Source of the DNA: Bdellovibrionota bacterium
Lineage (GTDB): Bacteria; Bdellovibrionota_C; UBA2361; JBIKWN01
Direction: 5' to 3'
Length of the DNA stretch: 56,388 bases
NCBI GenBank assembly: GCA_044356295.1
Contig: JBIKWN010000122.1
Coordinates: 1 to 56,388, forward strand
Made by a program: the position numbers and the translations under genes. Under the pieces are notes generated by a model that had not been told where the DNA came from, did not search any database, and was given only the letters and a program-made list of their open reading frames with translations. Positions 1 to 10,287 of the stretch are shown piece after piece; the stretch's first letter is position 1; every line of letters starts with the position of its first letter.

Positions 1-2
1 TA

Positions 3-662
3 AAGCAGGGCGCCATTATTACTGCTGACAATATAGTACTAGCACAAGGAACAAAGGAGAGAGATACTCCTAGTTATCTGCTGCCATATAAACCGGTATC
101 TAATCTAGATATATTAAATAAGGACTATGGTCGTCTATTGATAGTAGGTAGCGGTCAAGGAGCATTTGACATAGCTCATTATCTACATAGTAAAGGAGTA
201 GACATAGGAATCTATATTACTAAGTTGCCTAAGATACATCAGTATCCTGCTCCTTCATACAATATATGGGGCCCACGCACTGCTTTAGGTGTCTACTGTA
301 ACTGTCTCTCTTCTGTAGAAGCAAAGAGGAGATATATAGCTAGTGTTAAGGCGTGGGGTCCTTCTATTACTCCTAATAACGAGTACCTATTAAGTAGTGT
401 TCCTATATACAGAGATGTACCAATAGAAGAAGTAATGATTAAGTATGACTATAGGTATGTAAACAGGACTGGAGTAGTACCTATTAATACTCTATCCATA
501 AGACCAGATGAAGTAGATAGAGACGGCAGAGTATTAAATAGTCAAATATATGTGACAGGTCCTCTTGCTATTCTTAGTGATGGGCCTAGAGTTAATTCAA
601 TAATATCTAGCAGTACTGCAGCACAAACAATAGTAAGGAGCATAATAAATGCAAGTATTTAA
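3..662 (+). CDS. FAD/NAD(P)-binding flavoprotein monooxygenase-like protein (lysine/ornithine N-hydroxylase-like superfamily), 5'-truncated by window edge
   Basis: The frame is open from base 3 (KQGAIITADNIVLAQG...), upstream of the ORF-track start. Motifs: 'IVLAQG' (ATG-motif like), second Rossmann 'LLIVGSGQGA', C-terminal 'IYVTGPLAILSDGP'. Confidence 0.65.
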   Translation, partial: KQGAIITADNIVLAQGTKERDTPSYLLPYKPVSNLDILNKDYGRLLIVGSGQGAFDIAHYLHSKGVDIGIYITKLPKIHQYPAPSYNIWGPRTALGVYCNCLSSVEAKRRYIASVKAWGPSITPNNEYLLSSVPIYRDVPIEEVMIKYDYRYVNRTGVVPINTLSIRPDEVDRDGRVLNSQIYVTGPLAILSDGPRVNSIISSSTAAQTIVRSIINASI

Positions 663-1182
663 CTTTAACAGACTATCTAAAGGCCGCTCTATATTTCTAA
701 GAGATATTGCGCTCTACTTAAAGACTAAGTGTTTTATTACTGTAGGCAAGTATAGTGCCTGGGCTAATGAAACACTGCCTCCGCCAGTAACAGACTTTAC
801 TGCTACTGATGAGATCATACTGTATAAGAGGCCCCGCCTTATTATGCTGGCTACTGTTACTAACTGTGGAGGTATTGCGTGTGATAATAAGAGAATAAAT
901 GGCAATAACTATTACCTCGTAGATCCTAGCAATGAAGAAGACGTACTTAATGCAGACGTAACACACATATATATTGAAGGAGACATTAGATACACGGACT
1001 ATACAAGCGCCTACTTTAGAACTACATCTATAGTATTAGGAGCAGAAGCGCCTAATAACAACATACTATTTAAACCAGAACAGATGCTAAAACTAGGATA
1101 TGTGTATAGCTCTATCAATCACACGCGTATTGTAAGAGAAGACAATCAACGTCATCTTATTAAGCAGTTAATATCTATCTAA
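649..1182 (+). CDS. Putative baseplate protein
   Basis: 'FITVGKYSAWANETLPPP...EIILYK' resembles myovirus baseplate proteins that precede DUF4815 genes; tight gene packing. Confidence 0.55.
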   Translation: MQVFNFNRLSKGRSIFLRDIALYLKTKCFITVGKYSAWANETLPPPVTDFTATDEIILYKRPRLIMLATVTNCGGIACDNKRINGNNYYLVDPSNEEDVLNADVTHIYIEGDIRYTDYTSAYFRTTSIVLGAEAPNNNILFKPEQMLKLGYVYSSINHTRIVREDNQRHLIKQLISI

Positions 1183-1186
1183 CAAC

Positions 1187-4100
1187 ATGGCAGACATAAA
1201 TACATACAGAATAGATTATCCAGATAACAGCTCTAATAACATTAAGCTGTTATTTAACAATAAGCGCCCTATACAGACTAGAGAATTACTAGAGCTGCAG
1301 GATATTGCGCATAGAAACAGTAGAGACGTATTTAATACTCTCTATAAAAATGGAGCCGTTGTTACGGGCTTAGATATTACGCTGCAGACTACCTACTTAT
1401 CTGGTATTAGATCCTTTGTATGCTCTAAGGGAGTTGTGTATATAGAGGGACAGTTTATTGAACTGCCAGAATCTACGTTTACCGTAGCTACAGATAATGC
1501 GGTTATTGGTGTTCTTGTAGATGAGCAGATAATAACAGAGCAGCAAGATCCTAGACTTAATGACCCTGAGAAAGGAGGAGAGTTGTGGGGAGCAGCAGGC
1601 GCATACAGAGTAAAGTGGGCCGCCTCTATTGCTGTAGACGCGTCTTCTATGTATCCCTTTGCTCGTATTCAAGGCAGTAAGGTAATTAAGATAACTCCTA
1701 CTGATCCTAATAAGCAGTTGTTAGCAGACTACATACATGACGCTGAAGGTAACTTTGTAGTTAAAGGATTTAATGTAACCAGTATTAGCAGCAGTACAAA
1801 TAGCTTTAACACTACTAATCTAAACAATCTACTACAACAACAGGCCAATCAAGACGCAAAGATAAATACTATTACTAATCAGATTCAAATACTAGTAGAT
1901 AGTAACAATGCAGTTAATGCACTGTTAAGTCAATACAAGCAACAAATACTAGTAAGCTATACTCAACAGTTAGCTACTTCTATAGCTAACTCAGAACAGT
2001 TAATTGAGAGCAACACTGCACAGATTAATACTCTACAAAACAGTTTAAATGTCTTGCGACAGGCTAATCAGTCTTTACAGAGTGATATTGACGTAGAAAA
2101 GAACTCACAGGTAAATCTAGAGACTATATCTATTTCTCCTGGCGTAGGCTATGTAGAGGGCAATAGGATAGTTAAAACTACTAATACTCTGCTGTCTCTT
2201 CCTAAAAACCTACCTACTAGTCAAATATATAATGCGGTATTTAATTACTCTGGGACTGCTTCATACACCTCCTATCAGTTTAGTAATTTACTGCTTACTA
2301 CTTTATTGACTAATAAGAGTCTTATTAGAGTAGTAATGAATAATGTCGTCTTTAATGGCGTAGAGCATACAATGCAGATAGATATAAATCTGCCCAGTAC
2401 TATTACGTCTATTGCAGACATTGTTGTCTTTATAGTAAATGAGTTTAATAGTGCAATTACTACAACAACTATTACGTGTAGTACGCTGTCTCTAAATAAC
2501 AATGATTTAATGCTTGCCATTAAACAGAACTATGAGGTCATTCTAACTAATAACTCTACTATTACCTTTAAATTTATAACGCTACGCAATACTTCTACTG
2601 TTCCTGATATAACTCTCAATCTATTAAAAAGAGATGCTAACAATACTATTGTAGGAGCAGGAGAGGGTGTAACTATTACTAAGGCTCTTACTAGCACTTC
2701 TTCTTCTAGTCTAAATAGTTATAAGTTAGGATTTACTCCAGTATCAGAGATTAATAGACTTAGTGCTACATTAATTGCAACTAGTAAGCCAGTAGTAAGA
2801 GGTGCGGTACCCGGCACTATTGATAACTTAGGTCAAGCAACAGTAACTAAGATAGTTGCAGTAGGAAAAGACTTTACTACTTATCTGCAGGACGTTGACT
2901 TTAGACTTATTAATCAAAGTCAGATTGACTGGTCTTTGCCATCCACTAAAGAACCAGCACCAGGCACTACCTACTTTGTAACGTATCTCTACACCTCTAT
3001 CCTAACTAATAACGTAGACTATAAGCTGCAGAACGACGCTATTTACTTTATAAATAGAACTCCTGCAATTGGACAAAGCTTCTACGTAGACTACAGCTAT
3101 TATCAAACAAAGGCGGGTCTATTAACATTAGATAGAGACGGCAATATAGACTATGTAATGTCAGAGCCTGGCATTAATCCTGCTGTACCTAGTGTGCCTG
3201 ACTACTTATTACCTATCTGCGAATTTACGTTAAGAGTAAATGATTCATCCTTTAAATCTATTGGCTTAAATAAGTACACCAACAAGCAGTTACATCAGCT
3301 AAGAGAACAGTTAACTCAAGCAGTATACGCATTAGAAGATAAGCCAGAGTTAATTACAGACAGCTTCTTAACTTACACTAATCAAGACATATATAATCCT
3401 GCATATACTGCGGCTATATGTCCAAATAAGCAGGCGCTTACAGTCGGCTACTCTTACTCTGAAGTTCCTCTTTCTACTAATGAAGCTAGTAGATACTATA
3501 CTGACAGTTATATAAGCCTGCCACATCAAGTGTTAGGTGTGTCCTATTTAAATCAGTCTCGTATAACAGAGTATAGAACATTAACTAAGCAGACCTATAA
3601 GCCTATTCTTAGACTTAGTAGTTACTCTTTATTCTTTAACGTCAACAGCGCAAAGATAAATCCATCAAACAGTATTGCGGAAGTACAGAGTAAGATTAAT
3701 TCTCGTATTGCTATATACAATCAAAGTTTGTATGGCTTGTTAGGTACTGCATTAGAAGAAGCTTTCTACACCAATAATGCATTCAATAGTAATTCTCTGG
3801 ATGAGGAGATAGAGAATTATATATCTGCTAATGTAAAGACATTAAGTACCCTGTCTATTGATCTATTCCTAACTGACTTAGAGCCTCTAAGTAATAACTA
3901 TAAGGTTTATATAGATGGCGCTCCTCTGCAGACATCTTTAGTAATGCTAGGTTCTACGGCAGTAGGTAATATTTACAACAGTTTTAGAGCAGGTTCTAAT
4001 GGTAAAGCATCCGTAAGAATGTTAATGCCGCCTAATCTAAATACAGGAGTACATACAGTAGAAGTGCGTAACGTAGCGTATTCAGTACGTACTAAGTTTA

Positions 4101-5215
4101 GCGTATTTAATAATCTTCTTAATCATGTAGTATTTGACGCTACTAATGCGCAGGTACTTGGAGCTGATACTCTACCATACTTAACAGAAGATGCGTATAC
4201 ATATAACATTGAGCAGACATTTATAGCTACACAGACCTGCTTCTTAAACAATATAAAGCTGTTTATTAATAAGGCGCCTACAGTAGCTACAGAGCTAACT
4301 GTACTGCTATTAGATGAAGATAGAAATGTAATTAGCTACGCAGAATTAACTACATTTGTAGGAACCACATTAACTGCTCAATTTCTTACGCCCTGTCTAA
4401 TAGAGAAAGACAAACTCTACAGAATAGTGCTGAAGTCCCCACAAGATGGCTTCTCCTTTGCTGTAGCTAAGATTAATGCGCCAGATTTAAATACGGGAAC
4501 TTACTTTGGTAATCAACTAGAAAGCAATGGATGCCTGTACTACTCATTAGATGGAAGTAATGCGGTACAACTAGACAATTACGATTTATCTTATGTAGTT
4601 ACTAGAGACGCATTTACACAGCAGTCTAAGCAGATACTGTTGGGTACATACAGACTTAACTTAGCTACTGGCTTTGCTCTAAATACTAGAGACGTTATTC
4701 CTCCTTTAACTTACATCAACTATGAATACGCCTTAGAAGATGGAGTGTGGAAATCTTTTAGCAGTAATAAGTACACTGCACTAGACTTTAAGTCTAATCA
4801 GATAAGTATTAGAGCTACTTTATATACTGATGATTTAGCTGTAAGTCCTCTACTACTTATTAAAGGAAGCACTCTAAGTATCTATGCTAATAACAGCAGT
4901 AGTACTGTTGTATCTAATTATTTCTCTCATGGCAACAATTACACCAGTGTAAATATTAAGGTGGGATATATAAAGCCTGCTGACTCTCAAGTACTTGTCT
5001 ATCATGCGCCTCAATCCTCCAATGAAGTATGGTCCATCTGCAGAGAAGTATCTAGTGTTCTAGTAGATGAGAATATAGGACTATATGAAAGCGTATTTAC
5101 TATTACCTATTCTACTAATGCTACTGGGTCTAAGTACAGAGTAGATACCGTAACTAATGACACTAGTAAACCAGTAACTATTAAATACGTATATGTCAAT
5201 CCAATCTTTATCTAA
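1187..5215 (+). CDS. DUF4815/VrlC-like large virion (baseplate/adsorption) protein
   Basis: N-terminal 'LLFNNKRPIQTRELLELQ', 'GNFVVKGF', 'ISPGVGYVEG', and 'IDWS...EPAPGTTYFVTY'; 1342 aa, beta-rich. Confidence 0.7.
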   Translation: MADINTYRIDYPDNSSNNIKLLFNNKRPIQTRELLELQDIAHRNSRDVFNTLYKNGAVVTGLDITLQTTYLSGIRSFVCSKGVVYIEGQFIELPESTFTVATDNAVIGVLVDEQIITEQQDPRLNDPEKGGELWGAAGAYRVKWAASIAVDASSMYPFARIQGSKVIKITPTDPNKQLLADYIHDAEGNFVVKGFNVTSISSSTNSFNTTNLNNLLQQQANQDAKINTITNQIQILVDSNNAVNALLSQYKQQILVSYTQQLATSIANSEQLIESNTAQINTLQNSLNVLRQANQSLQSDIDVEKNSQVNLETISISPGVGYVEGNRIVKTTNTLLSLPKNLPTSQIYNAVFNYSGTASYTSYQFSNLLLTTLLTNKSLIRVVMNNVVFNGVEHTMQIDINLPSTITSIADIVVFIVNEFNSAITTTTITCSTLSLNNNDLMLAIKQNYEVILTNNSTITFKFITLRNTSTVPDITLNLLKRDANNTIVGAGEGVTITKALTSTSSSSLNSYKLGFTPVSEINRLSATLIATSKPVVRGAVPGTIDNLGQATVTKIVAVGKDFTTYLQDVDFRLINQSQIDWSLPSTKEPAPGTTYFVTYLYTSILTNNVDYKLQNDAIYFINRTPAIGQSFYVDYSYYQTKAGLLTLDRDGNIDYVMSEPGINPAVPSVPDYLLPICEFTLRVNDSSFKSIGLNKYTNKQLHQLREQLTQAVYALEDKPELITDSFLTYTNQDIYNPAYTAAICPNKQALTVGYSYSEVPLSTNEASRYYTDSYISLPHQVLGVSYLNQSRITEYRTLTKQTYKPILRLSSYSLFFNVNSAKINPSNSIAEVQSKINSRIAIYNQSLYGLLGTALEEAFYTNNAFNSNSLDEEIENYISANVKTLSTLSIDLFLTDLEPLSNNYKVYIDGAPLQTSLVMLGSTAVGNIYNSFRAGSNGKASVRMLMPPNLNTGVHTVEVRNVAYSVRTKFSVFNNLLNHVVFDATNAQVLGADTLPYLTEDAYTYNIEQTFIATQTCFLNNIKLFINKAPTVATELTVLLLDEDRNVISYAELTTFVGTTLTAQFLTPCLIEKDKLYRIVLKSPQDGFSFAVAKINAPDLNTGTYFGNQLESNGCLYYSLDGSNAVQLDNYDLSYVVTRDAFTQQSKQILLGTYRLNLATGFALNTRDVIPPLTYINYEYALEDGVWKSFSSNKYTALDFKSNQISIRATLYTDDLAVSPLLLIKGSTLSIYANNSSSTVVSNYFSHGNNYTSVNIKVGYIKPADSQVLVYHAPQSSNEVWSICREVSSVLVDENIGLYESVFTITYSTNATGSKYRVDTVTNDTSKPVTIKYVYVNPIFI

Positions 5216-7559
5216 CTATAAAAGCGCAAGATACATGTCTTCTTATCTCAAGCTATTACCTGTAGCCAGTAGAGAGCGCCCTCCTCAAGCTAAAGAGTTT
5301 GAAGATATACAGGACATTCTTATTAATCCTATATACCAATATGCTAAAACAGCCTTTAATGACGTGGAAGTGCTTAGTGGATTACGTCTATTACGCCTTA
5401 CACCTAGCAGTATTACTTTATCTCCAGGTAGAATACTACTTAATAACTATCCTCTTGTTGTAGAGACGCAGCAAGAAGTTATAAGTATAAATAGCGCTTC
5501 ATTTACTTTATACCTAGATCTCCTGTTCACCGTAGATTCTACGTCTATTGCTCTTGACTACACTATTACTACTACTGCCAGTAATACCGCTATTCCTATA
5601 CTAAGAGTAGATGCAGGTATACTTAGTCCCCTTACAAAGTCTCGCTCTGAAGACTACATACAACAACAGCTCTTTGAGATATATGGTAACTTTGTTAGCT
5701 GGGGACTTACTTATAACGACAACTGTGTTAGTCCAGGAGTAGTCTATATTAATGGCACTAGGTACTCCTATCCCTATCATTCTCCAGTAACTACTACATT
5801 ATCTAACTATGTTCTAGTTGTTAATAGATTGGGTATACAGACATTAAATCCTCTAATTAAACTGGACAGCAATAGCTCTGTACTATTAGGTTATTATCTT
5901 GATGGCAAGTGGCAGCCTAACAAGTATGCATATCAGATAACATCTAAACAGATACGTACTATAGAGACTGGACTTGCAGGACTAAGAGACTACTTATTAG
6001 AGAGCACCATTCTTACCAGTATAGACACTACATCTAACCTGTTAGCTGATACGTTTAATAATGAAGATAAAGCAGACACGTATCATGTTCTGTATGACTG
6101 TGAGATATTTAATGGATCTCTCAGTATTGGTAAGCTAACTAGATTAACTAACAGCGTTGCTATTAGCAATAACAACACTAATGTAAAACTAGTTAATGGA
6201 CAGCCTTCTATACTTATACAAAACTATACTGCTACTCCATATATACAACAAAAGTTGAGTGATTCCTTTATTACTACTAATATAAGTAGCAGAGGAATAC
6301 TGAAGCTTCAATATCCCAAACTAAATACATCTATATACAAAAGCACTAAAGAGGTAACTACTCTATTAACACAGTTAATAGTAAATGCAGAAGTCTATGG
6401 ACTAACTCCAAACAGCTCTGAGTTTAGCTTGACTATTGGCAGCACTTTAATCAGTACCTCTATTAGCACTAATGCATCTGGATATGCTGCCTTTTCCTTT
6501 TCTTTACCTGCGCGTAGCAGTATAAATGACGTAATAACTGTACAGAATGCTAAGTCTTCTGCTACTTCTTCTCTATTAGATAACAGTTATGGAGTAGATA
6601 ATACTTACATAGGTCAAACGTTTGAAGTAACTGCACCTACTACTCTAGTAGAGCTGGATATATACATTAGAAGAGTCACTACAAATAATCCACTTATAAA
6701 GGTGTTAGTGGCGCGGTATACAGATAAGCCACAAGAAGTAATAGGGCAGGCTATTGTAGAGCTAAATAACATTAGAGCAAGCGTAGATGCTACGCTGCCT
6801 ACTAGATGTGTATTTGACGTACCGATTACTCTATCTAAGGGAATCTACTGTCTTCTTATCTGTACTCCTAATTCTCCTATTGACCTGTTTATATCTAATC
6901 AGTCTCTAGTTACTAACGGTTATCTATTTACACAAGACGCAGCACAGACAACAACTACACAGTATCTAAATAAGGATCTCATGTATACTCTGTACTCTGC
7001 AAACTATGTAAACAGTACAGGCAAAGCAGTATTAACAATTAATGACGCGCTATCTAAGTTTGATCATCTGTACTATCCCGATAGCTTCAAGATAAATAAC
7101 ATTGAGTATATTAATGAGGCGTCTATTAATAGTACAAATAGTCTACCTATAACTATTGATGTTAATAAGTATGCGTATATAAGACCCTGTTTAATATCAT
7201 CTAAGCAGGATAAAGCCATTTACGTATCTAAGACAATTAGAACTAACTTTGCTTATTCCACTGTGTATGCAGAACTAGATGCAATTATTCTAGATTCTAC
7301 ATACGTGGATCTATATATATCCTCTAATCAGACATACACATGGGAGAAGCTGAATTCTAACTATCGCTATTTAGTAGACGGTAATGATCAGACGTACAAA
7401 TACGTATTTGAAGTGCCACTCAATAAACTAGTAAAGGTAGTAACTCAACAGGGCACTAACACACAAGCAACTAGGAACTATCTAACCGTGCGCATAGATC
7501 TTAGAACAGAATCAGACAATAGACCTTTAGTAAAAGCATATAAAGTATATGTCAAATAA
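5193..7559 (+). CDS. Second DUF4815-like virion protein (paralogue of the preceding gene)
   Basis: 'RPPQAKEFEDIQ', 'GNFVSWG', 'VSPGVVYING', 'ADTF', 'IGQTF' and 'DLMY' parallel motifs in 1187..5215. Confidence 0.6.
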   Translation: MSIQSLSNYKSARYMSSYLKLLPVASRERPPQAKEFEDIQDILINPIYQYAKTAFNDVEVLSGLRLLRLTPSSITLSPGRILLNNYPLVVETQQEVISINSASFTLYLDLLFTVDSTSIALDYTITTTASNTAIPILRVDAGILSPLTKSRSEDYIQQQLFEIYGNFVSWGLTYNDNCVSPGVVYINGTRYSYPYHSPVTTTLSNYVLVVNRLGIQTLNPLIKLDSNSSVLLGYYLDGKWQPNKYAYQITSKQIRTIETGLAGLRDYLLESTILTSIDTTSNLLADTFNNEDKADTYHVLYDCEIFNGSLSIGKLTRLTNSVAISNNNTNVKLVNGQPSILIQNYTATPYIQQKLSDSFITTNISSRGILKLQYPKLNTSIYKSTKEVTTLLTQLIVNAEVYGLTPNSSEFSLTIGSTLISTSISTNASGYAAFSFSLPARSSINDVITVQNAKSSATSSLLDNSYGVDNTYIGQTFEVTAPTTLVELDIYIRRVTTNNPLIKVLVARYTDKPQEVIGQAIVELNNIRASVDATLPTRCVFDVPITLSKGIYCLLICTPNSPIDLFISNQSLVTNGYLFTQDAAQTTTTQYLNKDLMYTLYSANYVNSTGKAVLTINDALSKFDHLYYPDSFKINNIEYINEASINSTNSLPITIDVNKYAYIRPCLISSKQDKAIYVSKTIRTNFAYSTVYAELDAIILDSTYVDLYISSNQTYTWEKLNSNYRYLVDGNDQTYKYVFEVPLNKLVKVVTQQGTNTQATRNYLTVRIDLRTESDNRPLVKAYKVYVK

Positions 7560-8697
7560 TAACCGCCCTATTCAAATATCTCCAGCTATACGTATTATAA
7601 AGACGGATAGTTCGTCCTTTACTACCACATTAGAAACATTAAACTCTAATATAGTTAAGCCTCCTAATTACCGAGTAAGGATGACTGCTAACAACAAAAG
7701 CTTTTACATGGTATTACCCCCCAACGCAGATACAAAGCATCCAGGTAAAGCAAATCCCATGCAGATGCCTGGTCTTCAAATAAAGTCTGCTACTACTATA
7801 TCCAAGCTAAGAATACCTGGCTTCTTTCCCATCTATCAACATTTAGGTATAGACAGTATTACTGTTACTATGAGTGGCATGTTTACTGGCTATGACGGAC
7901 TAAGAGAAGTATCTTCTGCGGGCAACTGGGAAGAGTGGAGAAATGGAGAAATAAGCTCTCAAGATATTTATGGTCAACTTAATATTCCTGGAGCGCAGGA
8001 CAGCTATGCTGCTGCTAGTGAGTTCTTTGAGTTTGCCGTAACTCAGAAAGTACCAGTACAGGTAACTATCTTTACAGAAGCAAAGAATCCCAGCACAAGC
8101 AAGAGCTACTTATTTAGAGATAATCAATCCAATATTGCGTTTAAAGGCTATGTAAAAGAGTTTGAGGCGCTCTATGTAAGACAGGATAGGAACTACTATC
8201 TAATGAAGTTTGAAGTCCTACAGACTATTAATCTAGCTTGCGTAGACTCTAAAACTGAATCTACTACATCTATTAAACCAAAAGAAGAACCTAAATCAAC
8301 CGACTTAAACTCTTGTATAGATAATGAAGATTTAAATAAGTTAGTTGTTTTATTTAATAATACAAGAGGACAAGATCAAATAACCAGAGTTATTACAGAC
8401 TCTGATATTCCACTTTATAGCTTATATAAAATCTCTAAAGAAGCTTCTTTTAGAGAAAAGGTTAGTACTAATGTGGCAAATGTAGATAGCACCGTATCTG
8501 CTGCTATAGATTTCTATGTTAAGGTCTTAGTTGGTTTTTATAGAAGAGATTCTAGTGCGGCTGTTATTAGTATAAAAGGACAAAGTGAAAAGGTAAAAGC
8601 AGAATGTAAGAAAGACTGGTCTCAGTTTTGGCTTGCGAGAATCAGTGGAAAAGGTCTTACTGCTATAGAAAGCTATTTAAAAAGTATTAATAAATAA
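7549..8697 (+). CDS. Hypothetical virion protein (possible tail-tube initiator/baseplate hub-like N-terminal domain)
   Basis: 382-aa ORF overlapping the previous stop, in the structural cluster; 'KLRIPG..PIYQHLGIDSITVTMSG' is suggestive only. Confidence 0.4.
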   Translation: MSNNNRPIQISPAIRIIKTDSSSFTTTLETLNSNIVKPPNYRVRMTANNKSFYMVLPPNADTKHPGKANPMQMPGLQIKSATTISKLRIPGFFPIYQHLGIDSITVTMSGMFTGYDGLREVSSAGNWEEWRNGEISSQDIYGQLNIPGAQDSYAAASEFFEFAVTQKVPVQVTIFTEAKNPSTSKSYLFRDNQSNIAFKGYVKEFEALYVRQDRNYYLMKFEVLQTINLACVDSKTESTTSIKPKEEPKSTDLNSCIDNEDLNKLVVLFNNTRGQDQITRVITDSDIPLYSLYKISKEASFREKVSTNVANVDSTVSAAIDFYVKVLVGFYRRDSSAAVISIKGQSEKVKAECKKDWSQFWLARISGKGLTAIESYLKSINK

Positions 8698-8709
8698 CAA
8701 TAACGTTTT

Positions 8710-9126
8710 ATGTACCTTACAAACATTACTTACAGTAATTATCTAAATCAAGTATCTAGTGACTTTAAGCAGTTTAATTACTTAGTAGAAGAAGAGGAGG
8801 TATGGTTATCTAATAGGCCTCCTAATCTGGATTTCTTATATCCAGAAGAATTACCAATACAGCAAGACAACTGCTATAAGGGTTATACCTATGAAGATCC
8901 TAACTTTGAAGGTGTCTACATAGGAGTATCCTATACTATTACTGGACAAAGACTGTTTATCTACAGACAGTTTAATACGGACATCATCTTTCAATCTATA
9001 TATGCTCCTACTGCCGTTTTTAAGGTGCCCACAAAGTCAAATACTTTGTTGATACAACTAGACATGTCAGAGCCATATATAGGCATACATATTCCTACAG
9101 ACACTATTACATTAAATCTAGGCTAA
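8710..9126 (+). CDS. Hypothetical protein (structural cluster)
   Basis: 138-aa ORF, tightly packed, TAATG stop/start overlap with the next gene. Confidence 0.6.
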   Translation: MYLTNITYSNYLNQVSSDFKQFNYLVEEEEVWLSNRPPNLDFLYPEELPIQQDNCYKGYTYEDPNFEGVYIGVSYTITGQRLFIYRQFNTDIIFQSIYAPTAVFKVPTKSNTLLIQLDMSEPYIGIHIPTDTITLNLG

Positions 9127-9593
9127 TGAGATACAGCAAAGTTGGTAGACAAGACATACTTAGTACTATTACTACAGATGCAGTAGCAGTACTTATTAAC
9201 GCTCCTATTTATGGTGGTACTTCTCCTAATGAGACACAGTTGGCCGCATTAGACAGTATAACAATGTTAGACGTAGTTAAGTACGAGCTTCAAGGAACTT
9301 ACAGTAGATACGTTATTCCTACTGTTAACACTACAGAAGAAGTAGTTGGTGGTCAGACTTATGTAGTGGCTACTGTACCTATTGAATTTACATGTGCTAT
9401 AACTAATGCGACACATATCTGCTATGTATATAACGCATTGTTAGTTGGAGCTAATCAGCTTAACTACAACAATAGAGGTAATGTACAGGGCGTGCCTCTA
9501 CTTGTAAAGCCCATAGCAAACGCGCCTGTTACTATAACTCCTCCTGCTAAGCTAACGTACACATTTAATATAAGGATAGGTAGCAATGGCTAG
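9126..9593 (+). CDS. Hypothetical protein, likely virion structural
   Basis: 155-aa beta-rich ORF coupled to its neighbours. Confidence 0.6.
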   Translation: MRYSKVGRQDILSTITTDAVAVLINAPIYGGTSPNETQLAALDSITMLDVVKYELQGTYSRYVIPTVNTTEEVVGGQTYVVATVPIEFTCAITNATHICYVYNALLVGANQLNYNNRGNVQGVPLLVKPIANAPVTITPPAKLTYTFNIRIGSNG

Positions 9594-10287
9594 GCAAATA
9601 ATAAAGGAAGATCGTACTCAATACGATCTTGTTAACAGTATTATGCAGAACTATGATGCTAGCTGGAACAATCTAAGAACATGGGACCGCTATAGATTTG
9701 CAGTACATCCATTCAACACATACTACATTAATCCAACTACTCCAGATATAACTGACGTTATTGGCCCCTACAAACTATTTGATTTGGGAGGTAACACGCT
9801 ACAAGTAGAGAAGAATAAGACACCCTTTGTATGTTCTAAAGAGGTTATAAGAAGAGGGCCGCTTATAGCATATCTAAAGACAGCTACAGAGCTGTTTATG
9901 TTGTTCATATCTAAGAACGCATTTGTAGATGATTATGTAGAGACGACTAAGCCTGTAACAACTATTAAGAATAACTACATTACTATAGAGAACACTACAG
10001 ACTCTTCTCTGTATTACAGCTATAACAGCTTAGCTACTAATGCAGATCTATATATAATTGCACCTAAACAGACACAGACTTTATCTCCATCTAATGCGGG
10101 CTATCTGTATTTACAGTTAGAAGATACTCCTATTGCTATTACCTCTAGCAATACTAGAACTAAATCTGTTAATACTTATTACCTGTTAATATGTCCGACT
10201 AACTACTCTTTAGTAGAGACTGCTAAGTTAACTGGTAGAAATATAGACACTATTGTTGATCAGTTAGAGATGTATATAAGAGTATGA
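9586..10287 (+). CDS. Hypothetical protein
   Basis: 233-aa ORF with ATGA overlap with the terminase start. Confidence 0.6.
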   Translation: MARQIIKEDRTQYDLVNSIMQNYDASWNNLRTWDRYRFAVHPFNTYYINPTTPDITDVIGPYKLFDLGGNTLQVEKNKTPFVCSKEVIRRGPLIAYLKTATELFMLFISKNAFVDDYVETTKPVTTIKNNYITIENTTDSSLYYSYNSLATNADLYIIAPKQTQTLSPSNAGYLYLQLEDTPIAITSSNTRTKSVNTYYLLICPTNYSLVETAKLTGRNIDTIVDQLEMYIRV

